Positions 31,114-43,517 of a stretch of 64,000 nt of DNA are shown piece by piece. The notes below the pieces were generated by a model, which had not been told where the DNA came from, did no database searches, and saw only the letters and a program-made list of their open reading frames with translations. The first letter of the stretch is position 1. Every line of letters begins with the position of its first letter. The position numbers were made by a program, and so were the translations under genes. Origin of the DNA: Methanotrichaceae archaeon (lineage in GTDB: Archaea > Halobacteriota > Methanosarcinia > Methanotrichales > Methanotrichaceae); the NCBI GenBank assembly GCA_963813075.1, contig CAWEXU010000017.1, forward strand, positions 32,001-96,000, given 5' to 3'.

Positions 31114-32789
31114 GCCTTATACAAGACCTGTCCCGGGATAAGAGGGTATTATTATTCGCCCTGTTCCTGGCGGCGGCGTTGATCTGTTTGGGAGCCTTCG
31201 GCCTCAAGTACGGCCTGGACCTTCAGGGCGGATCGTATCTGCAGCTCAAGCTGCAGGGGGGTATGGCCCAGGTGGATGCGGATCCTGAGAGCATTCTCCA
31301 GTATCAGTTCGACACCAACTCCGTGGAAAAGCATGGTGACAGCTATATTGTGACTGTGCCGGGCAAGATCGATCCGACGCTTCCCGCCGACCTGGGATAT
31401 CTGGGGGCGGAGATGGCGGAGCTTGCCAACGGCACCAAGATCACCATACCAGCCGCTCCCGAGACCATAATCATCACCTATCTGCAAAAGAGCCTTGATG
31501 CTGACGTCAAGATCGTGCAGTTTGCCCCCGTCCTGTATGAGATCAGGACCAATGTCACCAGGGAATCGCTGGATGCCATACTCGCTCCGGTGGGTGGAAA
31601 GGTGCCTGCTGGCGAGGATACCTTCATCGAGGGTCTGACCCAGGAGACGGTGGAAGAGACGAAAAGGGTTCTTGACTCCAAGCTCAACCGCCTGGGGCTG
31701 CAGGACATCAGAGTGAGGATGGTGGACAACAAATACATCCTCATCGACCTGGCGGGAATGGATGTGGCCTCTGCTCAGGATATTGTGGGCAAGCCCGGCA
31801 AGTTCGAGATCAGGATCCAGACGGAAAACAACGAGACCATGCATGTCCTCTATGGTGACGCAGTGGAGTCTGTGGACATCCCCCGAGGAGATCAGAATAG
31901 CCAGTGGGGCGTGCCTTTCACTCTCTCTGAGGAGGGAGCGGCCGCCTTCCAGAAGGCAGCCATAGACACCGGCGCGGTCAAAGATCCCCAGGCTCACCCC
32001 ATATCCATGTACCTGGATAAGGATGAGATCTTCAGTGCACCTCTGTCGCCAGAGCTGGCAAGCAGCCTGCAGAAGGCTCCCTCCCGCGGGCTGGAGGCGC
32101 GCGTGGGCGCTGGGGATGAGGGATCCCAGAAGGCAAAGGAGCTGAACATTCACCTCCAGGAAGGAGCTCTGCCGGTTAACGTGGAGATCGTGGGATCAGG
32201 CCAGGTATCCGCTGCTCTGGGCAGGCAATTCAAGATCCAGATGGTTATAGCCGGTCTATTGGCGCTTCTCGCTGTTGCGGGCATGATCTACTACCGCTAC
32301 CGGGAGAAGAGGATCGTTTTGCCCATGCTCTTCACCTCCTTGAGCGAGGTGGCGATAATGCTGGGCGTCTGGTCCCTGGCCAAATGGCAGCTGGATCTGG
32401 CCAGCCTGGCCGGCATCATCATGGTGATCGGAACGGGCATCGACCAGCTGGTCATCATCACCGATGAGGTGATAAAGGGCGGAGAGGCGGTTCCTGTTGC
32501 ATCGGACAGGAGCATAAAAGAGAGAGCGGCAGAGGCGGCTGAGAAGGCAGGCGTGGGCAAAGTTGCTGCCACCAGCAGCAAGATCTATTTGAGCCGGCTC
32601 TCCCGGGCCTTTGCCATAATCTTAGGCGCCGCAGCGACGACGATCGTGGCCATGCTGCCATTGCTCTACATGGGCTTTGGCGCTCTGACCGGGTTCGCCC
32701 TGATCATCATCATCGGTGTGGTCCTGGGAACGCTTGTGGCCAGGCCTGCTTACGGTAGGATCATAGGCTATATCCTGGCTGAGAACTAA
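31110..32789 (+). CDS. secD: Protein translocase subunit SecD
   Basis: GLDLQGG, GALPV, IGTGIDQLVIITDE, ARPAYG. Confidence 0.93.
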   Translation: MSLIQDLSRDKRVLLFALFLAAALICLGAFGLKYGLDLQGGSYLQLKLQGGMAQVDADPESILQYQFDTNSVEKHGDSYIVTVPGKIDPTLPADLGYLGAEMAELANGTKITIPAAPETIIITYLQKSLDADVKIVQFAPVLYEIRTNVTRESLDAILAPVGGKVPAGEDTFIEGLTQETVEETKRVLDSKLNRLGLQDIRVRMVDNKYILIDLAGMDVASAQDIVGKPGKFEIRIQTENNETMHVLYGDAVESVDIPRGDQNSQWGVPFTLSEEGAAAFQKAAIDTGAVKDPQAHPISMYLDKDEIFSAPLSPELASSLQKAPSRGLEARVGAGDEGSQKAKELNIHLQEGALPVNVEIVGSGQVSAALGRQFKIQMVIAGLLALLAVAGMIYYRYREKRIVLPMLFTSLSEVAIMLGVWSLAKWQLDLASLAGIIMVIGTGIDQLVIITDEVIKGGEAVPVASDRSIKERAAEAAEKAGVGKVAATSSKIYLSRLSRAFAIILGAAATTIVAMLPLLYMGFGALTGFALIIIIGVVLGTLVARPAYGRIIGYILAEN

Positions 32790-32869
32790 ATCGGAAAGAA
32801 GTGGATAATCCCGGATAAGGGCTGCAGGCCTGAATTGGGTCTGCAGATCACAATTTTTTTTGCATATTC

Positions 32870-33851
32870 CTATTTTTTCATCATTCCATTGATAGCCGCA
32901 CCGGCGAAGGCCGCGCCTACAATGATGTTCAGGAAATAGGTAATCAAGCGCCACAGGACGATCAGAGGCAGCAGCATTGCGGGAGAGACAAAGGTGGAAT
33001 AAAGGTAGCTCATTCCCAGCTCAGCTACGCCGCTGGATCCAGGGGTCAGTGGCAAGAGGCCCACTATCACCAGGATGTTCTGGGCGGTCACAGACAAGAG
33101 TAAGCTCGGATCCGCTCCCATTCCAGTTAACAGGGCAGATGGGACGAGAAAATCGCAGAGCCAGATGAATGCGGTCATCACTGCCAGCACCGGCAAGCAG
33201 CGCATGGTCTCTTTGGCAAGCTGAATTCCCGCCTCCCGGAAAAGCCATATCTCCCGCTCTATGGAGAGGACGATGGCCCGGTTCCCGGTCTTCTTCTTGA
33301 TCCACTCCATCAGACGGGCAATCCTCTTCGGCCGGATGATAAGCTGCCTGAGAAATGCCAGGAAGACCAGGAGAAATGCCAGGAAGATGGCTCCAACCTT
33401 CAGGCCGAAGCCGGCGAAAAAGCCGGAGATCATGAGAAATATGGCCAGAGAGGTCAGGAAGAATATGCTGTCAAGGAGCCTCTCGCTTATCACCACTGCC
33501 GTCGCCCCTCCGTAGCTCATGCCGTCATCTGCTCAGGATCTTCACTCGCAGTGGCTCTCCACCAGCTGAGGAGGGAGTGATGGCCGCCAGGAAGTTCGAA
33601 GCCAGAGTGCATCTAAAAGAGAGTGGGAAGCTTATTTGGTGGCCGGTCATGGATACAAGCAGCTTAAGCCGGAGAGAGTAGAATATCCAGGAGAGCACAT
33701 GAAGGGCGACCGCCAGTATCAGGAACCCAGCGCTGACATGAGCGATCATCTCCCAGTTTATATCGGCATCTGTATAGTAGAGAATCAGAATGATTGAGAC
33801 CAGGCTCATCAGAGCGGCGAACAATGTGGCCTTCAATCTCTCATTCATCAC
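32870..33851 (-). CDS. Flippase-like membrane protein (UPF0104), frameshift near 33530
   Basis: AITPSSAGGEP and PLTPGSSGVAE motifs in consecutive ORFs. Confidence 0.82.
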
Positions 33852-33897
33852 CTGGATGCTAGATCTATTCTGTAAATACTTATTGACCCAGGATCTC

Positions 33898-34951
33898 TCA
33901 GGCCACCTCTCTATAGACCGACTCCATCATATCCAGGGCTCGTGCCCAGGAGTACTTCTCTTCCACCGCCCGTCTGCCCTTCTGGCCCAGGTTCGTTCTC
34001 AGGTTCGGGCTCTCATGCAGCTCCAGTATCATATCCCCAAGCTCCTTCGGGCTGGAGTAGACCATTCCCCCTTCCCCTGCCACCTCAGCCACCCCTGGGG
34101 TGTTGAAGGCGAGGACCGGTGTCTCGCAGGCCATGGCCTCGAGAAGGACAATGCCGAAGGCCTCCAGGCGGTTCTGGGATGGGAGTACCAAAACCTCGGC
34201 ATGAGAAAGGGCATCGATGAAACTGGCCCTATCCAGCCTGCCGGTGAACCTGGCCCTGACGGCGAGTTTTTTGGCCATCTCCTCCAGGCGGCTGCGATCA
34301 TAGCCATCTCCAACTAACACCAGCTCCAGGTCAGCCCTCTTCTGCACCTCGCTCATGGACTGGATTAGGGACTCGATTCCTTTATAGTGCAGCAGCCTGC
34401 CCGCATAAAGGACATATCCCTTCTTCTCTCTCTTTTGGGGATAGAGGGATACATCCACCGCATTGGGCACGATCTTCGTCTTATGAATGTAGTCCTTCAG
34501 TACCGGAGAGGTCTCAGCATAGCTTTTTGTGGTGGCTATCACAATCTTTGCCTTGTCCAGGATAGGACGGACGATCCCCCTGTTCATCCCCTCCACCGCC
34601 GACCCAATGGAACGGGGGAGACGGTGGCCATTCAGGGTACCCGGATATCACCACATCGTTATGGTAGGTAACCACATGGGGAGACGAATCCCGGAGCATG
34701 AAGGCAAACAAGGGGCTCGGCACATGGCTGTGATATATGTCCGCCTCAAGCTTTGGCCGCCTGATAGGAACAGGGACATAAAAAAAATCGATGCTGGGAA
34801 TGCGGACGAAGCCGTTATTCCATCTTCCGCATGAGGAGGCCACAGTCACCTGATGGCCCCTCTGTGCCAGGCCGTCGGCCAGCTCTTTCACATGATACTC
34901 AACCCCGCCCAGATGGGGAGGAAAATAGGGAGATACCTGAAGGATCTTCAT
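33898..34951 (-). CDS. Glycosyltransferase family 4, frameshift near 34640
   Basis: MKILQVSPYFPPHLGGVE; YAGRL...KG; EAFGIVLLEAMAC. Confidence 0.9.
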
Positions 34952-35003
34952 GGATATGAGCAGATATTGGGAGGACAACGAACTTAAAGCTAATCCAAAC
35001 CGG

Positions 35004-37932
35004 CTATGAATCAGCCAACTTAACCCGGATGTCAGAGGAGCGATAATCAGGATCTTTTGAGGCATTAAAACCCCTCTGGTTCATCAGCTGGTCTATCTGC
35101 TGATCTATGGCGGAGTTCAGGCTGAAGCTCTCCACCAGAGAGCTATCGAATGAATACTCAGAGGCATGGCGACCATCCCTTGCCAGGACGGTGATGCGAT
35201 AATTGTCGGCGGCGAAGCCCTGGGTGGACCAGGTCCAGCTATTGGATTCAGACCACCGGACCATATCCTTTCCTCCGACCTGGAACTTGTAGAGGATGGG
35301 ATCGTTATCAGGATCCCTGGCTTCAGCCTTCCAGGTGATGCTCTCCCCCGGAACCCGAGGGCTGGACAGATCGGGCTTGAGGCTCAAGAGGACGGGCGGC
35401 TGATTTTTCTCCACAAGGGTGAATGCCGCATCCATTGAGCTATCGAAAGAGTCTGCAGAGGCGTGGTTGCCGTCCCTGGCCAGAGCGGTGATCTTATGGG
35501 TGCCACCCAGTGCGCTGGACGTATTCCAGCTCCAGGAAGGGGAAGAGGACCAGCCGGTCACATCCTGGCCATCGAGGAGGAACTTGTAGGATAGCTCGTC
35601 TCCATCAGGATCTGTGGCTCTGACCGTCCAGTTTATGATCCCACCCGTCTCGACCGGACTGATCGCATCCGGCACGAGCTCCGCAAGAATCGGGATCTGA
35701 TTGAGGGATGCAACGGAAGATTGACCTGCCAAAGCACCCGCGGGCTTTGAGGCATCCTCAGCTGAGCTTCCTGGGGGTGCAGCGGAGGATTCTGCCCCAG
35801 AGAGCATCTTTGATTCCGTCAGGGTGTAAGGACGGTTCAATTCGCCGTCAAAGGAGTCCTGGCTGGCATGGGATCCATCTATTATCTGAACGGTGACCTC
35901 ATGATCTCCTGCCGCCGTCCCGGTGCTGTTCCAGGCCCAGGAATCTGACGGCGACCAGCCGGACGCCTCCCGGCCATCGAGGAGGAATCGGTAGGATAGA
36001 TCATCTTTGTCTGGATCTGTAGCCGTGGCGGTCCAGGTGACCTGGGACCCCTGGGGGCTGGGGCTCATAGGATCTGCCTTTAGCTCCTCTAAAATGGGAG
36101 GCTGGTTTTGTTCCAGGATGACCATGGTGGCATCAAAAGAGCTGTCATAAGAGTCAGAAGGTGAGTGAAGACCGTCCATAGCCTGGACGGTGATGGTATA
36201 CTCTCCTGCGGGCAGATACTGGGTGGGCCAGCTCCAGCGGTTGGACTTGGACCATTTTCTCTTCTCCTCATCATTGAGCAGGAAGCGATAGAGGATCCTA
36301 TCTGCATCCGGATCTGTGGCCTCTGCCCTCCAGATGATCGCTGTGCCCTTTGTCTGGGGGCTTGGCCTGTCCGGCTGGAGGCTGTGCAGAACCGGCGGCT
36401 GGTTGGTGATGGCAGTTTCCATTCGTGGGCTGGCCGGGGGTGGAGTCATCCTCTGCAGGCGGCTCGACTGCCGGGCCTTCTGCAGGCAGGGGATCCGTCT
36501 GCTCAGCTGCTGCCGGTGCGGGAATAGTCGATATATACCCAGAGGCCGCAGATGAGGGCAGATTCTCAGATGAAGCTGAGGACTGATTATCAGATACAGA
36601 TATAGACCCGGACCCATTCACTGGGCCTGATTCGCTCTCAGGCGGGGCTCGTGCCTCAGGTGCCTTCTCCTTTGCTGAAGTTGGATCTGAGAGGGATTCA
36701 GTCTCCACCGGGGAAGTTTCCCCCGAGATTGAGCTGGCTGTGTTCTGGGCTACAATCTCGTTGCTGCTCGCTGCGGGATCTCCAACCGAACCGCTCTGAA
36801 CATTATCCTTTGCCTGCGGCGGATTTTCTGCAGTCTCCTTTGCATTCTGTTTTTCCGTTTCCTTTGCAGCGGATTCAGAAGGCGATTTTGCGGAAGGGGC
36901 AGCAGAAGATCCGCTAGCTCCGCCACCGCCTCCGGCGCTGAGGACGGTTACCTTTGTCGTCTCCTCAAATGAGACCGGCAAGCTGGATGAGTCGTTGGTG
37001 CTGTTTTCCGCCACATCCTGATCCCCGGACTGATCCTCGATCAGATCGACCAGGAGGTGCTCAGATTTGTATGGGGTCGTGCTGTCCCCTTCTTTGAACA
37101 GGAGCAGGTCAAGCCTCTGACGTCCTGGCTGGCCGGCCAGAGCAAAGCCCAGCATGCTATCCCAGGTCTCATTATCCCCCAGGCTCAGGCCTTTGACGAA
37201 GATGGTGGAGTTGTCGAATACCAGCCGGAGGGAGTAATTGACCGGAATGCCTTCATGGTTGTCGATCCTCGCCCGCGCTTCCAGGTCGCGGCCGGCGGTA
37301 AGGATCGCGTATTGCGATTCGGATGAGCCGACCAGCTCGCTATCCGGCCAGGTGACCTCCAGATCGGTATAGCCCTCGGGAGTCGAGAAGAAATTCATAT
37401 CCGGCTGATAATGATAAATGGCCAGGGAGAGGCCAGCCAGAATGAGGACCGCGGCCAGAGCGACCAGGATAGGGCCCCGGCGGGAGATCAGGCTTCCAGA
37501 GATGCCGCCCGATGCCCTTCGGCTGCGATAACTCCTCTTCGCGCCCATAATGAACCTCTTGCTGCGGGGCAGAGCCGACCAGCGAAGATAGGATAGGGCG
37601 GCAAGAAATAGGGTGAGAAAAGATAGAATGGTGGCCAGGGATGCAGGCTCAAGCCCCCTGGGAGTGAAATACAGAATCAGACTGATGAGCCCTGCCAGCA
37701 TAGCAGAGGCTACCAGAGAGAGGAGGAGGCGCCTGTTCAAATCCAGGTCGCCGGCGGCAGGGAATAGGGAGAGGACCACAAGGTAGCCGGGTATCAGTAT
37801 GACCAGGGCCAGGGCAAGATATGAGCCGGTCTCCTTTTGGGATTGGGGAAGAAGATTGGCCAGAGCGAGAGCTGATAAAGAGATCAGAATTGATGCGATC
37901 AGGTACCAGGGAATCTGCCTGGCGGTCCTCAA
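35004..37932 (-). CDS. DUF1616-like membrane protein with S/A/E/P-rich linker and four Ig-like repeats; frameshift near 36420-36445
   Basis: N-terminal TM segment with IPGY...LFP; four repeats NQxP.L..L.PD..SP...G..I.W.A.A.DPD.D...Y.F....WS....W.W. Confidence 0.75.
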
Positions 37933-38028
37933 ATCATTATCCCTCCTTTAATATAGCCTGGAAGTCTATTGCCAACTAACGATAAAACCTTTTTCCTCGA
38001 ATTCTTCACCTCGAATTCCCAGCAAAAT

Positions 38029-38814
38029 CTAATTGTGGCCATTGACCTCGATCTCTATTCCCACCGGGCAGTGGTCGGAGCCGTAGACGTCATCCAGGAT
38101 GAAAGCCGATTTCACCCGATCCCGCATGCCTTCTGAGACGAAGAAGTAGTCGATCCTCCAGCCCACATTGCGCTCACGCGCCCTGGTTTTCGTATCCCAG
38201 AAGGAATAGCGTCCTCCCTCGGAATGGAAGATCCTGAAGGTGTCCAGGAAGCCGTGCTCAACCAATCGGTCGATCCAGGCCCTCTCCTCGGGCAGGAATC
38301 CGGATATCTTCTCATTCGGCTTGGGCCGGGCGAGATCGATCTCCTTATGAGCGGTGTTGACGTCGCCACAGATCACAATATTCCTGCCCTCGGCCACCAG
38401 CCGGTCCATGAGATCCAGGAACAGATCATAGAACTTCATCTTGTAGCTCAGCCTTTCCTTTGAGGCTTTGCCGTTGGGAAAGTAGACGTTGAAGAGCATA
38501 AAGTCACCATAGTCGGCTACAATTGCCCTCTGCTCATCATCCAGGCCGACAAAACCCAATGAATACTCCAGGCTCAGGGGTTCGGTCTTGGTGAAAAGGG
38601 CCACTCCGTCCCGCCCCTTTCTGCCGCCCGTGCTGAAATAAGATCGGTATCCAGGAAGGCTTTTGAGATCTTTGGGAATCTGGTCCTCTGCCGCCTTGAT
38701 CTCCTGCAGGCAGAGCACATCTGGGCGATCTATTGTAATCCAGTCCACAAAGCCCTTCTTATAAATGGCTCTCAGGCCGTTCACATTCCAGGAGAGAATT
38801 CTCATCGATGGCAT
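38029..38814 (-). CDS. xth: Exodeoxyribonuclease III / AP endonuclease
   Basis: SWNVNGLRA, LCLQEIK, YFPNG, GDVNTAH, GWRIDYF, GSDHCP. Confidence 0.95.
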   Translation of the reverse strand: MPSMRILSWNVNGLRAIYKKGFVDWITIDRPDVLCLQEIKAAEDQIPKDLKSLPGYRSYFSTGGRKGRDGVALFTKTEPLSLEYSLGFVGLDDEQRAIVADYGDFMLFNVYFPNGKASKERLSYKMKFYDLFLDLMDRLVAEGRNIVICGDVNTAHKEIDLARPKPNEKISGFLPEERAWIDRLVEHGFLDTFRIFHSEGGRYSFWDTKTRARERNVGWRIDYFFVSEGMRDRVKSAFILDDVYGSDHCPVGIEIEVNGHN

Positions 38815-39331
38815 CCTTTCCCCTCAAAGGGAAATTATTGCCATCTGATTAATCCCTTGCGATTGTATTTCGATGTGAGGAAGGTCTTATGCAGTGATGA
38901 GCAGTATATCACGCGATCCTTGATGATAGGTGCAGAAGATATGGCGGTGATGTTATTATCAAGGATTTTGAAGGGTTCGTTCCCAGGATGGTTGACTTCG
39001 CCTTAATTCTCACCGCAGGACAGATTGTATAAAGCAATCCCGATAATACAGGAGATAAAAATCCACACCGCAGAGACGGCAGAGAGTCTGCGAGAGGATA
39101 GGCTCGTCAGAATGGATAGGGACATCCAGGCCATAAAAGCAAGACTGGGGATGCCATAGAGGTCTCTTTTAAGCCGCGAGCAGTGTATATCATAATCCCT
39201 TATCAATATATAAAATTAAATGCAAGCATAAAATAGTCTGAGACGAATCATCCTCATAATATGTGAATTCTTTCTCAAAATTAAATATAAATGAAAAATT
39301 CTTATAGTATCGCTCCATCCTTCTATGTGGA

Positions 39332-39724
39332 ATGGCAGCCAGATCCCCTCTGAACATCCTCATCGCAGAGGACAATCCGGTGAACCAGAAGGTAGCCTGT
39401 GTCATGCTCCAGAGGCTCGGCCACCGGGCGGACCTGGCGGCAAATGGCCAGGAGGTATTGCGGGCCCTGGAAAAGCAGGCCTACGACCTGGTGCTCATGG
39501 ACATCCAGATGCCGGATATGGACGGAATCGAGGCCACCAGACATATCCGCCGTCGCTGGCCCCAGGGTCCCAAGATAATCGCTGTCACCTCTTTTGATCC
39601 GGAATTCTGTCGCGAGGAATGCTATAGCGCCGGTGTGGACGACTTCATCAATAAGCCGATCAGGATGAATGAGCTTGACGCCGCCATCGAGCGCAACATG
39701 AGCGTGAGCCGCAGCCAAGAGTGA
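39332..39724 (+). CDS. Single-domain response regulator receiver
   Basis: ILIAEDNPVNQ, DLVLMDIQMPDMDG, FINKP. Confidence 0.92.
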   Translation: MAARSPLNILIAEDNPVNQKVACVMLQRLGHRADLAANGQEVLRALEKQAYDLVLMDIQMPDMDGIEATRHIRRRWPQGPKIIAVTSFDPEFCREECYSAGVDDFINKPIRMNELDAAIERNMSVSRSQE

Positions 39725-39850
39725 ATCCCTTCTCATCCCCTCCATTTGATTCGGGCAATCTATCTTGGGTCTGAAGAGATGGGCCACCGCCTTGTTAAGA
39801 ACGCCAAGAGCCAAGATTTTTAAGCCCCTGAATCCCAGGATGCCTCTAAT

Positions 39851-41050
39851 ATGACCGAGGTCCGAGACCCAGTGCACGGCTATGTCAGGCTGGAGGGCCT
39901 GGCCCTGGAGCTGGCCAATACCCCGCAGATGCAGAGGCTCCGCTGGATAAAGCAGCTGGGCCTGGCAAACCTGGTCTACCCCGGGGCCAACCACACCCGC
40001 TTCGAGCACAGCCTGGGAGCTTACCATATGGCCACTCTCCTCACCGAGCACCTGGACCTGGAGGAGGACGACCGCATGCTCGTGGGCGCAGCCGCCCTCT
40101 TGCACGACGTGGGCCACGGACCTCTATCCCATGCCACCGAGTACGCCCTGGCCCCCTTCCTGAGAACAGAGCACGAGAGCGTCATCGAGATCCTGAAAAA
40201 AGGAGAGCTGCGGGAGGTGCTGGATAGATACGGCCTCGTGCCAACCGATATCCAGTCCTTCATTAACGGTCAGGGCCTGGGCCAGATCGTCAGCGGCGAG
40301 ATCGACGTCGACCGCATGGACTACCTCATCCGGGACGCCCATTACACCGGCGTGGCCTACGGGGTGATAGACCGTCTGCGCCTGCTGCAGAAGATGACCC
40401 TCCACCAGGGCCAGCTGGCGGTGGAGGCTGGTGGGGTGCAGGCAGCAACATCGCTTCTCATCTCCCGGCTGCTCATGCATCCCGCGGTCTACTACCATCA
40501 CGTCTGCCGCATATCCGAGTGCATGATCTCCTCCGGAGTCAGAAGGATGATAGAAGATGGCATAACCAGCGCTGCAAGGGTCAAAGAGATGGACGACATC
40601 CAGCTGTTCACCGCTCTGGAGAGTGCAGGCGGCTATCCCGCGGATATGGCATATCGCATAAAATCCAGAAAGCTCTTCAAAAGAGCGGTCTACGTGGATC
40701 TGGAAAGCCTGGAGCCCTCGCTCTTGCGGGTCAGCGAGAAGATCATCGCCCAGGAGATAGCGGCAGAGGCAGGAATGGACCAGGACAGCATTTTAGTGGA
40801 CATACCACCCCTGCCCGATAGCTCTGAAGGCAATTTTCCCGCGCTCGTCGATGAAGTGGCCAGACCCCTGCGAATGGTCTCGCCCCTGGTCAGCATCCTG
40901 GAGAGAGCCCAGCGAGCCACCTGGCGTTTTGGCGTCTATACCCCGGCGGAATCCAGAGACGATGTGGCAAAAGCGGCCAAAAGGTGCCTGAACCTGAAGA
41001 AGAGCACAGTGCAGCATACATTCTCAGACATCGATAACGGTTACCTTTAA
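39851..41050 (+). CDS. HD-domain phosphohydrolase (SAMHD1/dNTPase-like)
   Basis: RDPVHG, QRLR.IKQLG, HTRFEHSLG, LLHDVGHGPLSH, DVDRMDYL.RD. Confidence 0.92.
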   Translation: MTEVRDPVHGYVRLEGLALELANTPQMQRLRWIKQLGLANLVYPGANHTRFEHSLGAYHMATLLTEHLDLEEDDRMLVGAAALLHDVGHGPLSHATEYALAPFLRTEHESVIEILKKGELREVLDRYGLVPTDIQSFINGQGLGQIVSGEIDVDRMDYLIRDAHYTGVAYGVIDRLRLLQKMTLHQGQLAVEAGGVQAATSLLISRLLMHPAVYYHHVCRISECMISSGVRRMIEDGITSAARVKEMDDIQLFTALESAGGYPADMAYRIKSRKLFKRAVYVDLESLEPSLLRVSEKIIAQEIAAEAGMDQDSILVDIPPLPDSSEGNFPALVDEVARPLRMVSPLVSILERAQRATWRFGVYTPAESRDDVAKAAKRCLNLKKSTVQHTFSDIDNGYL

Positions 41051-41075
41051 GTCAAAAGAAGAGAGATTGATTCTA

Positions 41076-41525
41076 ATGGCATTTTCCGGAGAAGGAACGG
41101 GGATAAACAAGAATATACTGGTCAAGACCATCCAGACCATGAACCAGCACCTTCCAAACAAGCGGCTCAATCTGACCGATCTATTGGCAATGGAGAAACC
41201 AGGAATTCGGGGAAAGGACAATACCTTTTTCATTATGGATAAGTCCGAGCTGAAACTGATCTCCGAGTCAGTTCCAAGGTTCCTGTGGAGCCGCCTCAGA
41301 CTGCCCATGCTCATTGAGATGTCCCCTGATTTCGGGGGCGGTGGAGCCCGCATTCAGGGTGAGGCGGAGGTGGAGATGGTTTGCAAGATACTGGGCAAAG
41401 AGAGGCCGCAAGACAGGCAGATCATAATCTACCTTCCCGAGGTGCGAGAGCTTCGCCGAAAGCTTCCTACAACCACTCAGTATGCATTCATTACCAATCT
41501 CCGGGACAGAAATATCAGAGACTGA
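41076..41525 (+). CDS. DUF61/UPF0216 family protein
   Basis: MNQHLP..R..L.DLL; LRLPMLIE; ELRRKLPTTTQYAF. Confidence 0.75.
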   Translation: MAFSGEGTGINKNILVKTIQTMNQHLPNKRLNLTDLLAMEKPGIRGKDNTFFIMDKSELKLISESVPRFLWSRLRLPMLIEMSPDFGGGGARIQGEAEVEMVCKILGKERPQDRQIIIYLPEVRELRRKLPTTTQYAFITNLRDRNIRD

Positions 41526-41576
41526 AAATTAGAGACTGAAAAGCACTCGAATCAAAGAATAGTGGTGGAGGATTAT

Positions 41577-42128
41577 ATGGCAGAAGATAAGCTGACAGAA
41601 GGCGCAAGACGGTTTAGAGAGAAGATGAACGCCGGAGCCTACAAAGAGGCGGCAAAGATCAAGTCGGACCTGGGACTTCCCAACTCTATGCTCAAGGATG
41701 CAGTACAGTCGGCGTACGACTCTGTAATGAAAAAGGGGGATTATTCCATTGCAGCTGAGCTGGCAAAACAGTATGATCTTCCCAGCGACCGGCGTTTAGA
41801 GGCCGCTCAGAGATCGTTCCATAGAAAGGTCGACAGCGAGCAATACCGGGCAGCAGCGGAGTATGCCAAGGAGTTCGGGCTGCCGGAGGATATGGTCCGG
41901 CAGGCGGCCACCCAGGCATTCAATAAGAGCATGAGCATGGGCATGGTCAAGAACGCTGCCGAGATCGCCGATGACTTCGACCTCCCCCGGCCCATGAAAA
42001 TGGAGGCGGCAAAGAAGACCTTTGAGCAGCATATGCAGGCCGGCCTCTACCGCAAAGCCCTGAAGATCGCCCAGAAGTACGATCTTCCGGCGGAGATGGT
42101 GGAAGAGGCAGAGAAAAAGGTAACCTGA
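41577..42128 (+). CDS. Hypothetical alpha-helical repeat protein
   Basis: GGAGG RBS; ~38-aa repeats G.Y..AA..A....LP. Confidence 0.75.
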   Translation: MAEDKLTEGARRFREKMNAGAYKEAAKIKSDLGLPNSMLKDAVQSAYDSVMKKGDYSIAAELAKQYDLPSDRRLEAAQRSFHRKVDSEQYRAAAEYAKEFGLPEDMVRQAATQAFNKSMSMGMVKNAAEIADDFDLPRPMKMEAAKKTFEQHMQAGLYRKALKIAQKYDLPAEMVEEAEKKVT

Positions 42129-42157
42129 CCATCTTATATGCCTGAAGTAGTGCTGAC

Positions 42158-43439
42158 ATGCCAGAGGTAGTGCTGACCATAGGCGGATCGGATTCCGGTG
42201 GAGGAGCCGGAATCCAGGCGGACATCAAGACCTTCTCCGTTCTGGGCCTGCATGGAACATCCGCCCTGACCGCTATCACCGCCCAGAACACTCTGGGAGT
42301 GCAGAGGGTTTTTGCCCTCCCTTCTGAGCAGGTGAGAGCCCAGCTTGAATCGATCACAGACGACTTTTCCATTGCCTGGGCCAAGACCGGCATGCTCCAC
42401 TCGGCCCAGATCGTGGAAACGGTAGCGGATCACATCCGTGGGAAAGGAATTCCTCTGGTCTTGGATCCAGTGATCGAGGCTGAAGCTGGCGGCAGGCTCC
42501 TTCGGCCGGATGCGGTCTCCGCCCTGAAAGAGCACTTAATTCCCCTGGCAGATGTGGTCACCCCCAACATCTTCGAGGCGGAGGCGCTTGCCGGAATACC
42601 TGTTCGCGACATGGAGAGTGCCCTTCAAGCCGCCCGGAATATCATGCGCCTGGGAGCGCAGGCGGTAGTCGTCAAGGGAGGGCACCTGGACTGCACCGAC
42701 CTGGTCATGGTAAAGGACCGGACCATCTATCTTTCCTCAGAGAGGATAGCCGGAGAGAACCACGGCATAGGATGCACCTTTTCCGCAGCCCTGACCTCTT
42801 TTCTTGCCATGGGCTGCTCGATTGAGGATGCCGCCCGCAAGGCGAAGGAGTTTGCAAAGAGCTCCCTTCGCGGGAGCCTGCGGGTGGGAAAGGGGGTGGG
42901 TCCGGTCAACCAGTCCGCTGCCTTGAGAGATGAGGCGAGCCGTTACCGGGTTTTATCTGATCTGGAAGCTTGCGGTGGAGCGGCTGGAAAGTATTCCCCA
43001 GCTTTCCCGCATCATGCCGGAGGGAGGTATGAGCCCCGCACTGGCCATTCCCGGTGCCAGCAGCCTTGAGGATGTGGCAGAGCTGAAGGGTGGACTGGTG
43101 CGGACCAAAGAGGGGGTATGCCGGTCTGGGAGGATCCGCTTTGGAGGCGGGGGGGATACCTCAGCCCTGGTCCTCACCGCTATGAAGGCAAATCCTCAGG
43201 CCAGAGGGGCCATCGACCTGTTGCCAGAGGCACTCTCCTCCTGCAGAGAGCTGGGCCTCTTGATCCTGAATCGGTCTGGATTGGATGAACTGGCAGCAAA
43301 AAAGGGCATTTTGTCTGTTCTGCCGGCAGCAATATGGGATGAACATTCCCGCGGAACGGGGCCCGGGCTTTATCTGCTGGGCACTTCTGCCTCCAGTGTG
43401 GCCGGTTTAGCGGCCAGGCTTGCTGGCGGCGACAATTAG
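42158..43439 (+). CDS. thiD: HMP/HMP-P kinase ThiD with degenerate ThiN-like C-terminal domain; frameshift near 42968
   Basis: [48 protein letters not shown]. Confidence 0.88.
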
Positions 43440-43517
43440 CTCCCTATTTGGATGATGGTAAGATATAAATTGTGGGGCAGGGATGCACAAAGGATTGATC
43501 TATCTGGAGTGTTGAAT

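Noticed and set aside
31152..32153. Long antisense ORFs (also 10961-11806, 39323-40117, 50141-50806, 58456-59301)
   Set aside because: Shadows of well-supported genes in GC-rich coding DNA; no motifs
39003..39206. 67-aa hydrophobic ORF
   Set aside because: No clear RBS or motif; cannot be supported
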